A DNA stretch of 64,000 nt from Bryobacterales bacterium (GTDB taxonomy: Bacteria; Acidobacteriota; Terriglobia; Bryobacterales; UBA6623): NCBI GenBank assembly GCA_963422375.2, contig OY729428.2, positions 3,552,001 through 3,616,000 of the forward strand. Direction: 5' to 3'. This document shows, one piece after another, positions 53,380 to 62,612 of this stretch. Position numbers and translations under genes: made by a program. How positions within the stretch are numbered: the stretch's first letter is position 1; each line of letters opens with the position of its first letter. The notes below the pieces were generated by a model that was not told the DNA's origin, made no database searches, and saw nothing but the letters and a program-made list of their open reading frames with translations.

Positions 53380-53489
53380 CCCATTCGGGGAAGTCACGAT
53401 CAAGCGTTCCAATCGCAAGCCATCACGCAGTCTGATTTGACGTGATCCTCCGTCCCGATCAGCGGCGATCACAGCTGCTGTCCCAGGGG

Positions 53490-53590
53490 CAGGGAACCCG
53501 ATTTCGCGCCCGTGCGCGAGGAATTGCGCGCTCGCCCCAGGCTGCCCCTGCAGCTGCTCTGGCACGAATACCGCGAGCACTTCTTGCCTT
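53490..53590 (+). pseudogene. IS21-family IstA transposase fragment
   Basis: PDFAPVREELRARPRLPLQLLWHEYREH resembles the IstA PD...V..EL...TL.LLW.EY motif. Confidence 0.55.
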
Positions 53591-53931
53591 ATTCACATAA
53601 GCGCCCATGCGGGCGCTCCGGCCGCCCCACCCCGCGAGATGAACGCGCCCCGCGTTCGATGCTGGGGCGGAGGCGCGGCGGCGGAGGCCGTTCATTCTTC
53701 GGCGGGGCCCTCGCGGCTACCCCGAGCAGCAACGTGGCCGGAGCCGTCCCGCGCGAACCCCGCAGCGCGTCCAGCGGCTGCCGCCGTCGAGGCCGAGGAG
53801 ACAACTGACCAGGGCCCGGCGGTCCGAGGACCCTCCGGGCGGTTCCTCGCCGCGCCCGCCAGCGGCAGCGGCCGGCTCCCGGCAGGGAGGCGGCGCTTGG
53901 AACGAGGCATGCGGATGGAACGGAGGACGGC

Positions 53932-54201
53932 ATGGAAGATCTTGCGAAGGCACCGGTGGAAAAGCCGCGGAAGGAGCTGGCGGAGGCGTCTCTGAAGCCG
54001 GTGACGCGGGCCGACGGCACCGACATCCACAACATGGTGTAGACGTGCAGGATGCTGGTCGGTGCCGACAGGGGTGAGGTCGAGGTGCATGCGCGCCGCA
54101 GCCAGGCGTACGGTAGCGGCCTGGGCCGGTTCGCGCGCTGGATGGCGGGCCTGCGCCCGTAGCGCGTGGTGATGGAGAGCACGGGGGTGTTCCGGAAGAG
54201 C
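53932..54201 (+). pseudogene. IS110-family recombinase N-terminal fragment
   Basis: GGAGG RBS; GTDIHNM...LGRFARWM...VVMESTGVFRKS (DEDD RuvC motifs) with two in-frame TAG stops. Confidence 0.7.
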
Positions 54202-54814
54202 GGCAACCTGGGCCATCGCGTGTGTAGGGGCCCACTTCATTTGGGGCGGCAGCAGGCCGCCAACGAGATGCGGCGGGTGGCCGAGTTCGACCCGGCCGTC
54301 AAGCTGGGGTCCTGAGCGGCTGAGCGGCCGGCACTTGCCTAGAACGGGGCCGGCCCGGGCACCTGGTCACTCAGCGCGAGCGAAGGGGAAGCCCGCGCGA
54401 ATGGTGCCCTGCGCCGGTCCCTGACGTCAATCCAACCACCGGGCCGTCGAAGCGTCTTGCCGGGGCCGAACCGCAGAGGCGCGCCTCTAGTTCCTATTAG
54501 CTTTCGGGGGAAGAGCTTGCGCAGGCGGCAACGGGCGAACTCTGCGAATTCACGAGAGCGCCCGGATTGCGACGCTTCGCACGGGATCGGGCGAAACGCG
54601 CGGAAGCGAGGGGGTCACGGCACGGTCGCCGCGGGTCCACCGGGAGCTTCTCATGCGAAATCGAGGTGTTCGAAACGCAATGCGTCCGCCGGGAGACGGA
54701 GCGACCGGCGTCCGCATGCCGAAGGGAGCCGACTGTACCCGCAACCGGGACGTCAGCGGTCTAATCGGCGAGCGGCGGAACCGGAGCGCAGCACTGATAC
54801 CGAGGAGGGACACC

Positions 54815-55927
54815 ATGCGGAGTTCAAACCAACGCGCGAGCCAGTGGAAGGAAGGTGCCATGGCGCTGGCGGTCCTCTCCGCCGTCATCGGCAGCGGACT
54901 CGTCGCGTACCTCTTCTGGACACCCTCGTCCGTGCCCGCCGAGGCCCAGCCCGAGACCATCACCGCGCCGGTCCTGCCGTCGGAGGCAGCGGTCCGGGCA
55001 CCCAGGCCGGTCCGGACATCCTCCCCGGGGTCGGCAGCGGTCCGCACCGCGCCCGCGGCTCGCTTCTCCGGGACGTCGAAGGAGCCCGAAACTGCTGTGC
55101 GCTCGGAGCTGCTGATCGACCTTGACAATCCGCTGCCGGTGCCCGGTGGCGAGTCCGGCGCGCCGCCCGGGAAGTCCGTCCCGCAAGCTGGCGAAACGGC
55201 CGCGCCCGAAGCTCCGACCCAGCCGGGCGAGGCCAACGATCCCGAGCGCAAGGTCGCTCCGACGACGGTCGACTTGGCTATTCCGCCCCGGACAGAACCG
55301 CCTCCGTCGAATAACCCGGGCCGTACGCCCGACTACGGATCTCGCGAACCGGCGGAAACACAAACCGCCGCCCGGCGCGCGCCCGGCAACGCCGCGCAGC
55401 CGACCGTCACGGTGTCCGCAGGAACCGTCCTCGCGGTTCGCCCGCTCGAGACGCTCAACTCGGCCAACAGCTCGTCCGGCGACCAGTTCCGAGCCGTGCT
55501 GGCACGCGCCTTGGACCTCGAGAACGGCGCGGCCATTCCCGCCGGCGCCTACGTGGCCGGCACCGTCCTGGAAGCCCAACCCTCCGTGAGGGTGAAGGGG
55601 CGGGCGCGGCTCTCCCTGACCTTGGACCGGATTCATGTCCAGGGCAAGATGCACTCGATCACCGCGCAACGCGTCGACTTGGAGGCGAAGAGCACCGTGA
55701 AGCGAGATGCCGCGGCAGTAGGGGTCTCCGCCGCGGTGGGAACGATCCTGGGAGGCCTTCTGGGCGGCAAGAAGGGAGCGGCGCGAGGAGCCGTCATCGG
55801 CGGGGCGGCCGGCGGGGCGGGCGCGGCACTGGCCAAGGGCCGGGAAGTGCACGTGAGCGGGGAGGACACGCTGGAGTTCGGGCTAGCGGAGCCCTTGGCG
55901 ATCAACTGGCAGGAATCCGCCGAGTAG
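54815..55927 (+). CDS. Membrane-anchored protein with Pro-rich linker, TrbI/VirB10-like beta domain and glycine zipper
   Basis: GAGGAGG RBS, N-terminal TM; V.AGT.L.VR..ETL.S...GD.F.A.L, IPAGA.V.G.V, GGLLGGKKGAARGAVIGG. Confidence 0.7.
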   Translation: MRSSNQRASQWKEGAMALAVLSAVIGSGLVAYLFWTPSSVPAEAQPETITAPVLPSEAAVRAPRPVRTSSPGSAAVRTAPAARFSGTSKEPETAVRSELLIDLDNPLPVPGGESGAPPGKSVPQAGETAAPEAPTQPGEANDPERKVAPTTVDLAIPPRTEPPPSNNPGRTPDYGSREPAETQTAARRAPGNAAQPTVTVSAGTVLAVRPLETLNSANSSSGDQFRAVLARALDLENGAAIPAGAYVAGTVLEAQPSVRVKGRARLSLTLDRIHVQGKMHSITAQRVDLEAKSTVKRDAAAVGVSAAVGTILGGLLGGKKGAARGAVIGGAAGGAGAALAKGREVHVSGEDTLEFGLAEPLAINWQESAE

Positions 55928-56006
55928 GCCCACGTCCAGCGAGGTCGGGCCCGGCTGGCTCGGTGGCCGACTGGCAGGCATTGCGCGCCCCCGGCCCGGC
56001 TGTCTG

Positions 56007-56055
56007 TTGACACGGATTTCCGCACGCCGTAAAGTAAATTTAGGCACGCCTAAAT
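56007..56055 (+). promoter_or_regulatory. Sigma70 promoter with DtxR/MntR-type operator
   Basis: TTGACA(56007)-N17-TAAAGT(56030); dyad ATTTAGGC-AC-GCCTAAAT at 56038-56055 abutting the ATG. Confidence 0.8.
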
Positions 56056-56733
56056 ATGGGCAGCGAGTCGATCGACGATTACCTCAAGGCGATCTTCCAG
56101 ATCGCCGGGGAGTCGGACAGGGCGTCCACCGCCGCCTTGGCGAAGAAGCTGTCGGTGGCCCCTGCCTCCGTCACGGGGATGCTGAAGAAGCTCGCCGAGG
56201 CCAAGCCCCCCTGGATCGACTATCAGAAGCACCACGGCGCCCGGCTCACCGGCCGCGGCCGCTCGCGCGCGCTCGAGGTCATCCGCCACCACCGGCTGAT
56301 CGAGCTCTTCCTCCACACGGTCCTCGGGTACCGGTGGGACGAGGTCCACGCCGAAGCCGAGCATCTCGAGCACGCGATTTCCGAGACCTTCGAGGACCGG
56401 ATCGCGGAGTTTCTGGGCGATCCGGAATTCGACCCCCACGGACATCCGATCCCTAGGCGGGACGGCACCGTGCCGGTCCGCTTCGACAGCGGCCTGGTGC
56501 ATATGGAGCCCGGCACGCAGGCAGTGGTGTCGCGCGTTTCCGACCGCGACTCCGCGATGCTACAGTACCTCTCGAGCATCGGCGTCAAGCCGGGCGTCCT
56601 GATTCACCTCGTCGAGCGGGGCCCGTTCGACGGCCCGCTCATGCTGCGCGTGGGCTCGGCCAGTGCGGTGCATGCCTTCGGCCCCCGTCTAGCAGCCGCG
56701 ATTCGAGTTCGCGAGGCGGGAAGCGAGGAATGA
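56056..56733 (+). CDS. DtxR/MntR family metal-dependent repressor with C-terminal FeoA/SH3 domain
   Basis: DDYLKAIF, ASVTGMLKKL, RHHRLIELFL, HAEAEHLEH, DPHGHPIP. Confidence 0.93.
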   Translation: MGSESIDDYLKAIFQIAGESDRASTAALAKKLSVAPASVTGMLKKLAEAKPPWIDYQKHHGARLTGRGRSRALEVIRHHRLIELFLHTVLGYRWDEVHAEAEHLEHAISETFEDRIAEFLGDPEFDPHGHPIPRRDGTVPVRFDSGLVHMEPGTQAVVSRVSDRDSAMLQYLSSIGVKPGVLIHLVERGPFDGPLMLRVGSASAVHAFGPRLAAAIRVREAGSEE

Positions 56734-57752
56734 CGCCCGCCCCGGTCCTGGCGCTGCTCGGGCTCGCCTTGCTGGTTGCCCCCCGAGTCGGCTTCGTCGC
56801 GCTCTTCCGCAGGTTCCGCTCTCGCCGCGACAGAACGCGGGCGGAGGACGCGCTGAAGCACGTCCTGTCGTGGCAGCAGCGGTCCGGGCCGGCCAGCCTG
56901 GAGTCTCTGGCCGGCAGCCTCCGGATCTCCCCGGCCGCGGCGCTGCGCGTGCTGCGACGGGTGGAGGCGTCCGGCTGGATCGACTACGGGACCTCCGGCA
57001 TCGGGCTCACGCCTGCCGGCGAGCGCCGCGCCCTGCAGGTCGTCCGTGCCCACCGGCTGTGGGAGCGCCATCTGGCGGACGACGCGAACATGCCGATCGG
57101 CCGACTGCACCAAGTCGCGGAGCGCGCCGAGCACAGTCTCGGCCAGGCCCAGGTCGCCGAGCTCGACGCCCATCTCGGCCATCCGCAGCACGACCCGCAC
57201 GGGGACCCTATTCCGAGCGCCGACGGCCGGGTCGCGGAGCTCGAGGCGGTATGCATCGGCGACTGGCCGGTCGGCCCCCCCGCACGCGTGGCGCACATCG
57301 AGGACGAGCCCGACGCCGTGTTCCGGCAAGTCCTGGAGGCCGGGCTGCGGCCGTCCCAGGTCGTGCGGGTGGTCGCGAGCGACGCCACCGGCCTTGTCGT
57401 GGAATGCGGGGGAGCCGAGCGGCGCATCGACCGTGCCGTGGTGAACAACATTCACGTGGCCCCGGCGCGACCGGAAGACCTCCCGCCGCCGGGTGCCCTG
57501 CGCCTCTCGAGCTTGGCCCGGGGTGCGGGGGGCGAGGTCGTGGCCCTTGGCAGCGGCTGCACCGGCTTCACGCGGCGCCGGCTGCTGGACCTAGGCCTCA
57601 CGCCCGGCGCGAGCGTGCAGGTCGCGCTCGACAATACCTTCGGCGACCCGCGGGCGTTTCGCATCCGCGGCACGACGGTCGCGCTGCGGCGGCAGCAGGC
57701 CGAGCAGGTCTGGGTCCGCCCGCTCTCCGGACCGGAGGAGGCCTTGCGGTGA
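56730..57752 (+). CDS. N-terminal TM + DtxR-like HTH/dimerisation domain + two FeoA domains
   Basis: Hydrophobic N-terminus, EDALKH, RAHRLWE, AEH, DPHGDPIP, RRRLLDLGLTPG...GDP..F.IRG..VALR. Confidence 0.85.
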   Translation: MTPAPVLALLGLALLVAPRVGFVALFRRFRSRRDRTRAEDALKHVLSWQQRSGPASLESLAGSLRISPAAALRVLRRVEASGWIDYGTSGIGLTPAGERRALQVVRAHRLWERHLADDANMPIGRLHQVAERAEHSLGQAQVAELDAHLGHPQHDPHGDPIPSADGRVAELEAVCIGDWPVGPPARVAHIEDEPDAVFRQVLEAGLRPSQVVRVVASDATGLVVECGGAERRIDRAVVNNIHVAPARPEDLPPPGALRLSSLARGAGGEVVALGSGCTGFTRRRLLDLGLTPGASVQVALDNTFGDPRAFRIRGTTVALRRQQAEQVWVRPLSGPEEALR

Positions 57753-58540
57753 GCGTCAACGACTGCGAAGCCTGCCCCGCCCGCTCGCAGCTCGCGCAAA
57801 TGGGCATCAACATCGCCGGCTGCGACCACGTGGTCGCCTTGGCCGGCAACCCAAACACCGGCAAGTCGTCCGTGTTCAACGCGCTCACCGGCCTGCGCCA
57901 GCACGTCGGCAACTGGACCGGCAAGACGGTCACGCGCGCCGAAGGCGCGTTCGGATTCGGGGGCAAGCGCTACAAGCTCGTCGACCTCCCCGGCACTTAC
58001 TCGCTGCTCTCGGCGTCGCAGGACGAGGAGATCAGCCGCGACTTCCTCCTGTTCGGCCAGCCCGACTGCACGGTAGTCGTGACGGACGCGACCGCACTCG
58101 AGCGCAATCTCAACCTGGTCCTGCAGGTGCTCGAGATCACCGACCGGGCCGTGGTGTGCGTCAACCTCATGGACGAGGCGCAGCGCAAGGGAATTGAAAT
58201 TGACGTGCGGAGCCTTGCCCGCGACCTCGGCGTGCCCGCCGTCCCTACCGTCGCGCGAAGCAAGCTCGGCATGGCGGAACTGGTTTCCACGGTAGCGGCG
58301 GTCATCGCGGGGGACATCAGGACCTCGCCGCTGCGCGTCGAGACGACCGGCGACGTGCGCGAGGCGATCGGCGACCTCGTGCCGCTGATCGAGGAATTCG
58401 CTCCGGGGCTGCCGAACGCCCGCTGGATCGCTCTGCGCCTGCTGGACGGCGACCACAAGGTGCGCGAAGCGCTGGTTTCGGGCGAGCTGGCCGGCTTGGC
58501 GCAGCGGCAGCGCGGCGCGGCCAGCGGCAGCGCCCGCTAG
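57749..58540 (+). CDS. feoB: FeoB N-terminal GTPase module (split FeoB)
   Basis: GNPNTGKS, VGNWTGKTV, DLPGTYSL, LERNL, NLMDEA; N-terminal CEACP. Confidence 0.9.
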   Translation: MSVNDCEACPARSQLAQMGINIAGCDHVVALAGNPNTGKSSVFNALTGLRQHVGNWTGKTVTRAEGAFGFGGKRYKLVDLPGTYSLLSASQDEEISRDFLLFGQPDCTVVVTDATALERNLNLVLQVLEITDRAVVCVNLMDEAQRKGIEIDVRSLARDLGVPAVPTVARSKLGMAELVSTVAAVIAGDIRTSPLRVETTGDVREAIGDLVPLIEEFAPGLPNARWIALRLLDGDHKVREALVSGELAGLAQRQRGAASGSAR

Positions 58541-58549
58541 GAGGCGGAC

Positions 58550-59935
58550 ATGACGCCGAGCGCCGAGGCCATTCTCGATCGCAGCGACGGCCTGCGCCGG
58601 CAGGTCGGCGACCACTTCCGCGACCGCATGGTGTCCGACCTGTACGACAGCGCCCGCCGGGTCGCCGCGCGGTCGGTCCGCGAGAGCGGGTCCGGCAAGT
58701 GGGAGCTCGACCAGCGCATCGACCGGCTGGTGACCTCGCGCTGGCTGGGCCTTCCGCTGATGGCGCTGCTGCTCGGCGCCGTCTTCTGGATCACGATTCT
58801 CGGCGCGAACGTTCCCTCGCAGCTGCTCGCGAACGCGTTCTTCGCTGTCGAGGCCGCGGCTGCCGGCTGGTTCGAGAGCCTCGGCGCACCGTGGTGGCTG
58901 ACCGGACTCGTCTGGCACGGAGTGTTCCGCGGCCTCGCATGGGTGGTCAGCGTCATGCTGCCGCCAATGGCCATCTTCTTCCCCGTGTTCACGATCCTGG
59001 AGGACCTCGGCTACCTGCCGCGCGTCGCGTTCAACCTCGACTGGCTGTTCCGCAAGGCGGGGGCGCACGGCAAGCAGGCGCTGACGATGGCCATGGGCTT
59101 CGGCTGCAACGCCGCCGGGGTGACCGCGACGCGCATTATCGACTCGCCCCGGGAGCGCCTGCTGGCGATCCTGACGAACAACTTCGTGCCCTGCAACGGC
59201 CGCTTCCCGACTCTGATCATGCTGGCCGTCATCTTCGTCGCCGCGTCCTTCCCGCCCGCCGTCGCGTCGGCCGCGGCCGCGGGAGCGGTCCTAGGCGTGG
59301 TCCTGCTGGGCGTCGGCTTCACCCTGGCCGTCTCGTGGGCACTCTCGCGCAGCGTGCTTTCCGGCGAGGCCTCGGCCTTCACTCTGGAGCTTCCGCCCTA
59401 CCGCCGCCCGAGCGTCCTGCGTATCCTATACACCTCGCTGATCGACCGGACGGTCTTCGTGCTCGGCCGCGCCATTCTGACCGCCGCCCCGGCCGGCGCC
59501 GTGATCTGGATCCTCGCCAACGTCGACGCCGGAGGGGTCAGCCTCGCGTCGCGCGCAATCGAGCTGCTGCGCCCGCTCGGGGAGGCGATCGGCCTGGACG
59601 GCGTCATCCTGCTGGCCTACGTGATCGCGATCCCCGCTAACGAGATCGTCGTTCCCACTATGCTCATGTGCTACCTCGGGGGCAGTATGATGATGGATAT
59701 AACGACATACGACGAGATCCGGACCGTGCTGGTCGACGAGCACGGCTGGACGCTGCTCACGGCCGTCAACCTGATGCTGTTCTCCTTGCTGCATAACCCC
59801 TGCGCGACGACCATCCTGACCATCTGGAAGGAGACCCGGAGCCTTCGCTGGACAGGAGTCGGAGCTCTCATGCCGCTCGCGATCGCCTTCGCCGCCTGCC
59901 TCGTGACAGCCCAGGGTGTGCATCTCTTGCTCTGA
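58550..59935 (+). CDS. feoB: FeoB membrane module (gate domains; split FeoB)
   Basis: LEDLGYLPRVAF, GFGCNAAG, PCNGRFP, ELPPYRRP, PANE, HNPCATT; own GGAGG RBS. Confidence 0.9.
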   Translation: MTPSAEAILDRSDGLRRQVGDHFRDRMVSDLYDSARRVAARSVRESGSGKWELDQRIDRLVTSRWLGLPLMALLLGAVFWITILGANVPSQLLANAFFAVEAAAAGWFESLGAPWWLTGLVWHGVFRGLAWVVSVMLPPMAIFFPVFTILEDLGYLPRVAFNLDWLFRKAGAHGKQALTMAMGFGCNAAGVTATRIIDSPRERLLAILTNNFVPCNGRFPTLIMLAVIFVAASFPPAVASAAAAGAVLGVVLLGVGFTLAVSWALSRSVLSGEASAFTLELPPYRRPSVLRILYTSLIDRTVFVLGRAILTAAPAGAVIWILANVDAGGVSLASRAIELLRPLGEAIGLDGVILLAYVIAIPANEIVVPTMLMCYLGGSMMMDITTYDEIRTVLVDEHGWTLLTAVNLMLFSLLHNPCATTILTIWKETRSLRWTGVGALMPLAIAFAACLVTAQGVHLLL

Positions 59936-61188
59936 TGCAGGTGGTCCAGAGCAGCAGCGCGCCCGCACTATCCGAGCTCGACCGCTGGGACCAGCTCCCC
60001 CGCTTGCGCGAGATGCTGGCCGCCGTCCTGCCGGGCAATCCCTTCTGGCGGCGGCGCCTCGGCGCGACGGCCGCGCCGAGCAGCGCCGAGCAGTTCCGGC
60101 GGCTCCCCCTGACCTCGAACCAAGACCTGTCCGCGGACAGCCGCGAGCACCCGCCCTTCGGCTCGAATCTGACGTACCCGCTCGCGCGCTATACCAAGTA
60201 CCACCAGACCTCGGGCACGAGCGGCAGCCCGCTGGCGGTACTAGACACGGCGCGCAGCTGGGCGTGGTGGTGCGACTGCTGGGACGCGGTGCTCGACGCC
60301 TGCGGCGCGCGCCACGGCGACCGCGCGTTCTTCGCCTTCTCGTTCGCGCCCTTCATCGGATTCTGGTCGGCCTACGACGCCGTAGCGCGCCGCGGCCTGC
60401 TCGCCGTGCCCGGGGGCGGGGCCGGGACCTCGCGCCGTCTGCGCCTGCTCGCCGAGACCGGCTGCACGCTGCTATTCAGCACGCCGACCTACGCGCTGCG
60501 GATGGCGCAGACCGCGGAGCGGGAAGGGATCGACCTGCGCGACACCCCGGTACGCTGCGCGATCCTCGCCGGCGAGCCGGGCGGAAGCCTCCCGTCGCTG
60601 CGCCGGCGGGTGGCGGAGACTTGGGGCGCGCGGGTCTTCGATCACGCCGGCGCCAGCGAGGTGGGCGCGTACGGCATTCCCTGCCCGCGGGGACGCGGTG
60701 TATTCGTCAACGAGCGCGAGTTCGTGGCCGAGGTGCTGGATACCGGCAACGCGAATCCCGTCGAATGCGGCCAGACCGGCGAGCTGGTGCTGACCAACCT
60801 CGGACGCTGGGGCTGCCCGGTGATCCGCTACCGCACCGGCGACCTCGTCCGGCCCAGCCGACTCCCCGAAGGCCTGCTGCTGGAAGGCGGCGTCCTAGGC
60901 CGCGTCGACCAGATGATGCTGCTGCGAGGCGTCAACGTGCATCCGTCCGCGATCGAGGAGGCCGTCCGGCGGTTCGCCGGCAGGGCCGAGTTCCGCATCT
61001 CGGTCACGCGCAGGGGCGAGATGGACGAGGCGGAGGTCGAGGTCGAGGCGCGCCCCGCGCTCTGCGCCGCCATCGCGGGGGACGTGCGCGATTCGTTCGG
61101 TGTGCGCATCGCGGTGCGCAGCGTGCCCGGCGAGAGCCTGCCGCGCTGGCAGGCGAAGGCCAAGCGGTTCCGCGACCTGCGGGAATGA
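59935..61188 (+). CDS. Phenylacetate--CoA ligase family protein
   Basis: QTSGTSG, TPTYAL, AGEPGG, DHAGASE, GELVLTNL, IRYRTGD, GRVD.M...RGVNVHPS.IE. Confidence 0.88.
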   Translation: MQVVQSSSAPALSELDRWDQLPRLREMLAAVLPGNPFWRRRLGATAAPSSAEQFRRLPLTSNQDLSADSREHPPFGSNLTYPLARYTKYHQTSGTSGSPLAVLDTARSWAWWCDCWDAVLDACGARHGDRAFFAFSFAPFIGFWSAYDAVARRGLLAVPGGGAGTSRRLRLLAETGCTLLFSTPTYALRMAQTAEREGIDLRDTPVRCAILAGEPGGSLPSLRRRVAETWGARVFDHAGASEVGAYGIPCPRGRGVFVNEREFVAEVLDTGNANPVECGQTGELVLTNLGRWGCPVIRYRTGDLVRPSRLPEGLLLEGGVLGRVDQMMLLRGVNVHPSAIEEAVRRFAGRAEFRISVTRRGEMDEAEVEVEARPALCAAIAGDVRDSFGVRIAVRSVPGESLPRWQAKAKRFRDLRE

Positions 61189-61192
61189 CCTG

Positions 61193-62584
61193 ATGGCGAG
61201 CGGACGCGGGCTTCCCGCTTGCGTCGGCGGGCTCGCGCTCGCGGCGAGCGTCCTGGCGGCGGCCGCGGCGGCCGAGCCGAACTTCGTCGTCATCGTCGCC
61301 GACGACTTGGGATACGGCGACCTCGGATGCTACGGCAGCACCGCGATCCGCACCCCCTTCATCGACCGCATGGCCTCCGAGGGCGCCCGCCTGACGGAGT
61401 TCTACACGCCCGCGCCGAACTGCTCTCCGGCGCGCGCGGCGCTGCTGACCGGGAGGCATCCGCTGCGCACGGGCATCACGCGCGTGCTCGTGCCCAAGGA
61501 GGTGCAGGGGCTGCCCGAGTCCGAGGTGACCTTGGCGGAGCACCTGCGGGCGGCTGGGTACGCGACCGCCTGCGTCGGCAAGTGGCATCTGGGCGGGAGG
61601 AAGAAGTTCCGCCCGCAGAGGCACGGGTTCGACGAGTTCTACGGCGTGCTGTACAGCAACAACATGGTCTGGCTACGCCGCGTGCAGTGGCCTCGCTTCG
61701 AACTGTTCGACGGCTGGACCACGGTGGAGTCGCCGGCCGACTCGGCCCAGCTCACGAGAAGGTACACGCACCGGGCCGTGGAATTCCTCGGGCGCAACCG
61801 AGACAGGCCCTTCTTCCTGTACCTTGCCTACACCATGCCGCACCTGCCGCTGGCGGCCTCCCCGGAGTTCGCCGGCCGCTCGCGGCACGGGCCGTACGGG
61901 GACGCCGTCGAGGAGCTGGACGCGGGCGTGGGCCAGCTGCTGGCGAAGCTGTCGCAGCTCGGACTGGACGGCGAGACGTACGTATTCCTCACCAGCGACA
62001 ACGGGCCCTGGACGGGCGACGAGTCGACGGCGGGCGGTTCCACCGGCGGGCTGCGGGGCTTCAAGGGCACCACTTGGGAGGGCGGCCTGCGCGTCCCGTT
62101 CATCGCTCGCGCTCCGGGGCGGATTCCCGCCGGAACGGTCCGGCACGGGACCGCCTCGCTGATGGATCTGTTCCCCACGGTCGCCTCGCTGGCCGGGGTC
62201 GGCCCGCCCGGCGACCGGGCCTACGACGGCATGGATATCCTGCCGCTGCTGCGCGGGGAGGGAGAACCGCCGGACCGCACGTTCATGTTCAGCCACCGGC
62301 TCCGGGTCCAAGCGGTGCGCTCCGGGCACTGGAAGCTGCACATCCGCGAGCGGGCCCTGGGCAGGAACGGCCGCCCGCGGGGACAGCGCGAGCTGGTCCC
62401 GGCACAGCTGTACCGGCTCGACACCGACCCGGGCGAGAGCCGCGACGTCGCGGCCGAGCACAGCACGATCGTCGAGAGACTGCGCCAGCGCGCCGGGAGA
62501 TTCGAAGCGGACGCGAATCCCTCGGTGCGCCTGCGCCGCTACGGCGGCGCCATCGTCCGAGGCCTGCTGACTCCCTTCCCGTAA
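61193..62584 (+). CDS. Arylsulfatase A family sulfatase (secreted)
   Basis: Signal peptide, PNFVVIVADDLGYGD, CSPARAALLTGR, GKWHLG, SDNG, EGG.RVP. Confidence 0.93.
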   Translation: MASGRGLPACVGGLALAASVLAAAAAAEPNFVVIVADDLGYGDLGCYGSTAIRTPFIDRMASEGARLTEFYTPAPNCSPARAALLTGRHPLRTGITRVLVPKEVQGLPESEVTLAEHLRAAGYATACVGKWHLGGRKKFRPQRHGFDEFYGVLYSNNMVWLRRVQWPRFELFDGWTTVESPADSAQLTRRYTHRAVEFLGRNRDRPFFLYLAYTMPHLPLAASPEFAGRSRHGPYGDAVEELDAGVGQLLAKLSQLGLDGETYVFLTSDNGPWTGDESTAGGSTGGLRGFKGTTWEGGLRVPFIARAPGRIPAGTVRHGTASLMDLFPTVASLAGVGPPGDRAYDGMDILPLLRGEGEPPDRTFMFSHRLRVQAVRSGHWKLHIRERALGRNGRPRGQRELVPAQLYRLDTDPGESRDVAAEHSTIVERLRQRAGRFEADANPSVRLRRYGGAIVRGLLTPFP

Positions 62585-62612
62585 GGCCCCGCAGGCGGCG
62601 CGCCGGGCCGGC

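Noticed and set aside
20394..58540. Many in-frame TAG codons (IS1380, surface protein, TonB receptor, DUF29, IS110, between the FeoB halves) suggesting amber recoding or pyrrolysine
   Set aside because: TAG is the normal stop of intact genes here (ilvB, ilvN, ilvC, cimA, ccmE, ccmF). Most affected genes have other lesions, the replaced residues appear to differ (Tyr, Trp, Gln), and no pyl genes are visible.
58538..58552. FeoB halves in the same frame separated by one TAG, read as a nonsense pseudogene
   Set aside because: A GGAGG RBS and ATG follow immediately, both halves look intact, and naturally split FeoB is known.
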